Assembly: GCA_000708835.1 (NCBI GenBank)
Contig: DF237632.1
Location: 1 to 45,150, forward strand
Length of the DNA: 45,150 nucleotides
Origin: Klebsormidium nitens
Taxonomy: Eukaryota; Plantae; Klebsormidiophyceae
Reading direction: 5' to 3'
The notes beneath the pieces are model-generated. The model had not been told where the DNA came from and did not search any database. It worked only from the letters and a program-made list of their open reading frames with translations. The translations under genes and the position numbers were made by a program. This document shows positions 43,804 to 45,150 of this stretch, piece after piece (the stretch's first letter is position 1; each line of letters begins with the position of its first letter).

Positions 43804-45150
43804 TAACTAATTGCCCCAACCCGGAAATTGGTGGATTCAAACCTCCGAAGGGTCTTGTTTGTTAACCCTTGAGTTTTGGGTTGGGGCAAGAAGGGGTTTA
43901 GGAGCTATACTGTGCTGATTCAGGAGGGTTAACCAGGCAAGATTGCTCTAACTACTTGGTAATCAGCCAGAAAACCCAATCTACAGGCCAAACGGGGTCA
44001 ACACAGCGCCTGGGACACCCCCTAAAGCAATCGGAACCGTTCGATGGAAGAGAAGTTTCATCTGACGGCGCGAAACATGGTTCCGGCCCTTTGAGTGAGG
44101 TTTGAACTTTGGTCAGGCCCCCTGGGCCCCGTATATCAAACCTTATACCTACACGATAACCAGGTGGGTAGCCGAATCTGCATTTGCCCGAGAGATCAGC
44201 GAAAGTCATAGCGGAGCCGTCCGATGAAAATCTCTATTATATCTACCGCTCGATCGGGTTGGCAATGTCGGAGAAGAAGGGGCCTAATGAAAGTAAACAA
44301 ACCGTGGACAAAGCAGGAGGTAGCGGGGAGGTAGCGACTTCGAGCTGCTTGCATGGCTGCGGAAGCCATGGCACCCGAGGCTGTGGCACTACAATGCAGC
44401 TCACAGCTATCTTCTCTTGCAACATTCATGCTTCTGCTTTACATTTGAGCTCATGTAAGATGATTGACATCATTTTTGAGTCCTTACAAGCCCGCAGCGA
44501 GCTTTCTGTAAGGGCAGAAGAAAGTGCTTTTCGCTCCACAAAAACAATACGATACGCTTCGCAGCCTTGGCACAAGGGGCAAATGAGCATCTCTGGAGCT
44601 GGAAAAAGTTTCCAAAGCTTGCAAATCAAATACACTACGGATTGTAAAGCTTCATCTATGTGTATCCTGAGTATTTTGAAAAGCGTCGTTGCTGACAGCA
44701 CTCTAAGTCAAATGAGGAAGCTCGTCGAGCTTGGCAGCCATTTTTGCCATTACGTCAGCATGACATTGCTATTTTAAATTTAAAATGTTCTGCACCGTCC
44801 GATGACCGTACCGCGACTTCGGAGACTAAAAAAATACCGGAGCCAATGCGCTATCAGAACGGTCAAAATCCAGATGAGTCGGCTACCCGCCTGAACTGGT
44901 AAGACGGTATTCGACAGTGGGAGCACATTCAAAAATTCACATCTTGATGTAGACATCATGGATTCACAATCCGTCTTTTCGAGGTCACGGTTGGGGGCAT
45001 TGAGAGATTGAGGCCCTGAGGGGACTGAGGGGCATGCCCGGGGCATGTTGGAAGGCCCCTCGAGCTGTGGAAGAGCATGCCAAAGCAAAACTGAAGCGGC
45101 GCTGAACAGAATCAACTCGGGGTGAGAGAGATACGGGCTGGAGAGACGAT

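Noticed and set aside
44184-44777. 197-aa plus-strand ORF, and two abutting minus-strand ORFs separated by one TGA (possible readthrough or selenocysteine)
   Set aside because: No recognisable domain, further stops immediately upstream and no SECIS evident. At most a decayed coding relic.

Overview
Eukaryotic, intron-rich genomic DNA with GC-rich exons and two N gaps. The gene set and style suggest a streptophyte green alga such as Klebsormidium (inference). Contents in order: (1) the 3' end of a Penelope-like retroelement of Naiad/Chlamys type, whose RT ORF overlaps a 638-aa tandem-CCCH/coiled-coil ORF, followed by a frameshifted phage-type HNH nuclease; (2) a 15-exon C2-VASt-TM-C2-GRAM-VASt gene whose 3' introns repeatedly contain degenerate copies of its own splice junctions at 136-180 bp spacing; (3) two tandem 7-exon genes for secreted Cys-rich GDPH/root-cap-domain proteins, separated by a non-autonomous CACTA/CMC-like element that carries a tRNA-like Pol III unit; (4) a germin-like gene with a frameshift in its signal peptide; (5) a minus-strand SDR oxidoreductase gene with a hairpin-type non-autonomous element just upstream. 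The best novelty candidates are the multi-ORF Penelope-like element and the splice-junction echoes. All family assignments come from motif recognition by eye, not from database searches.
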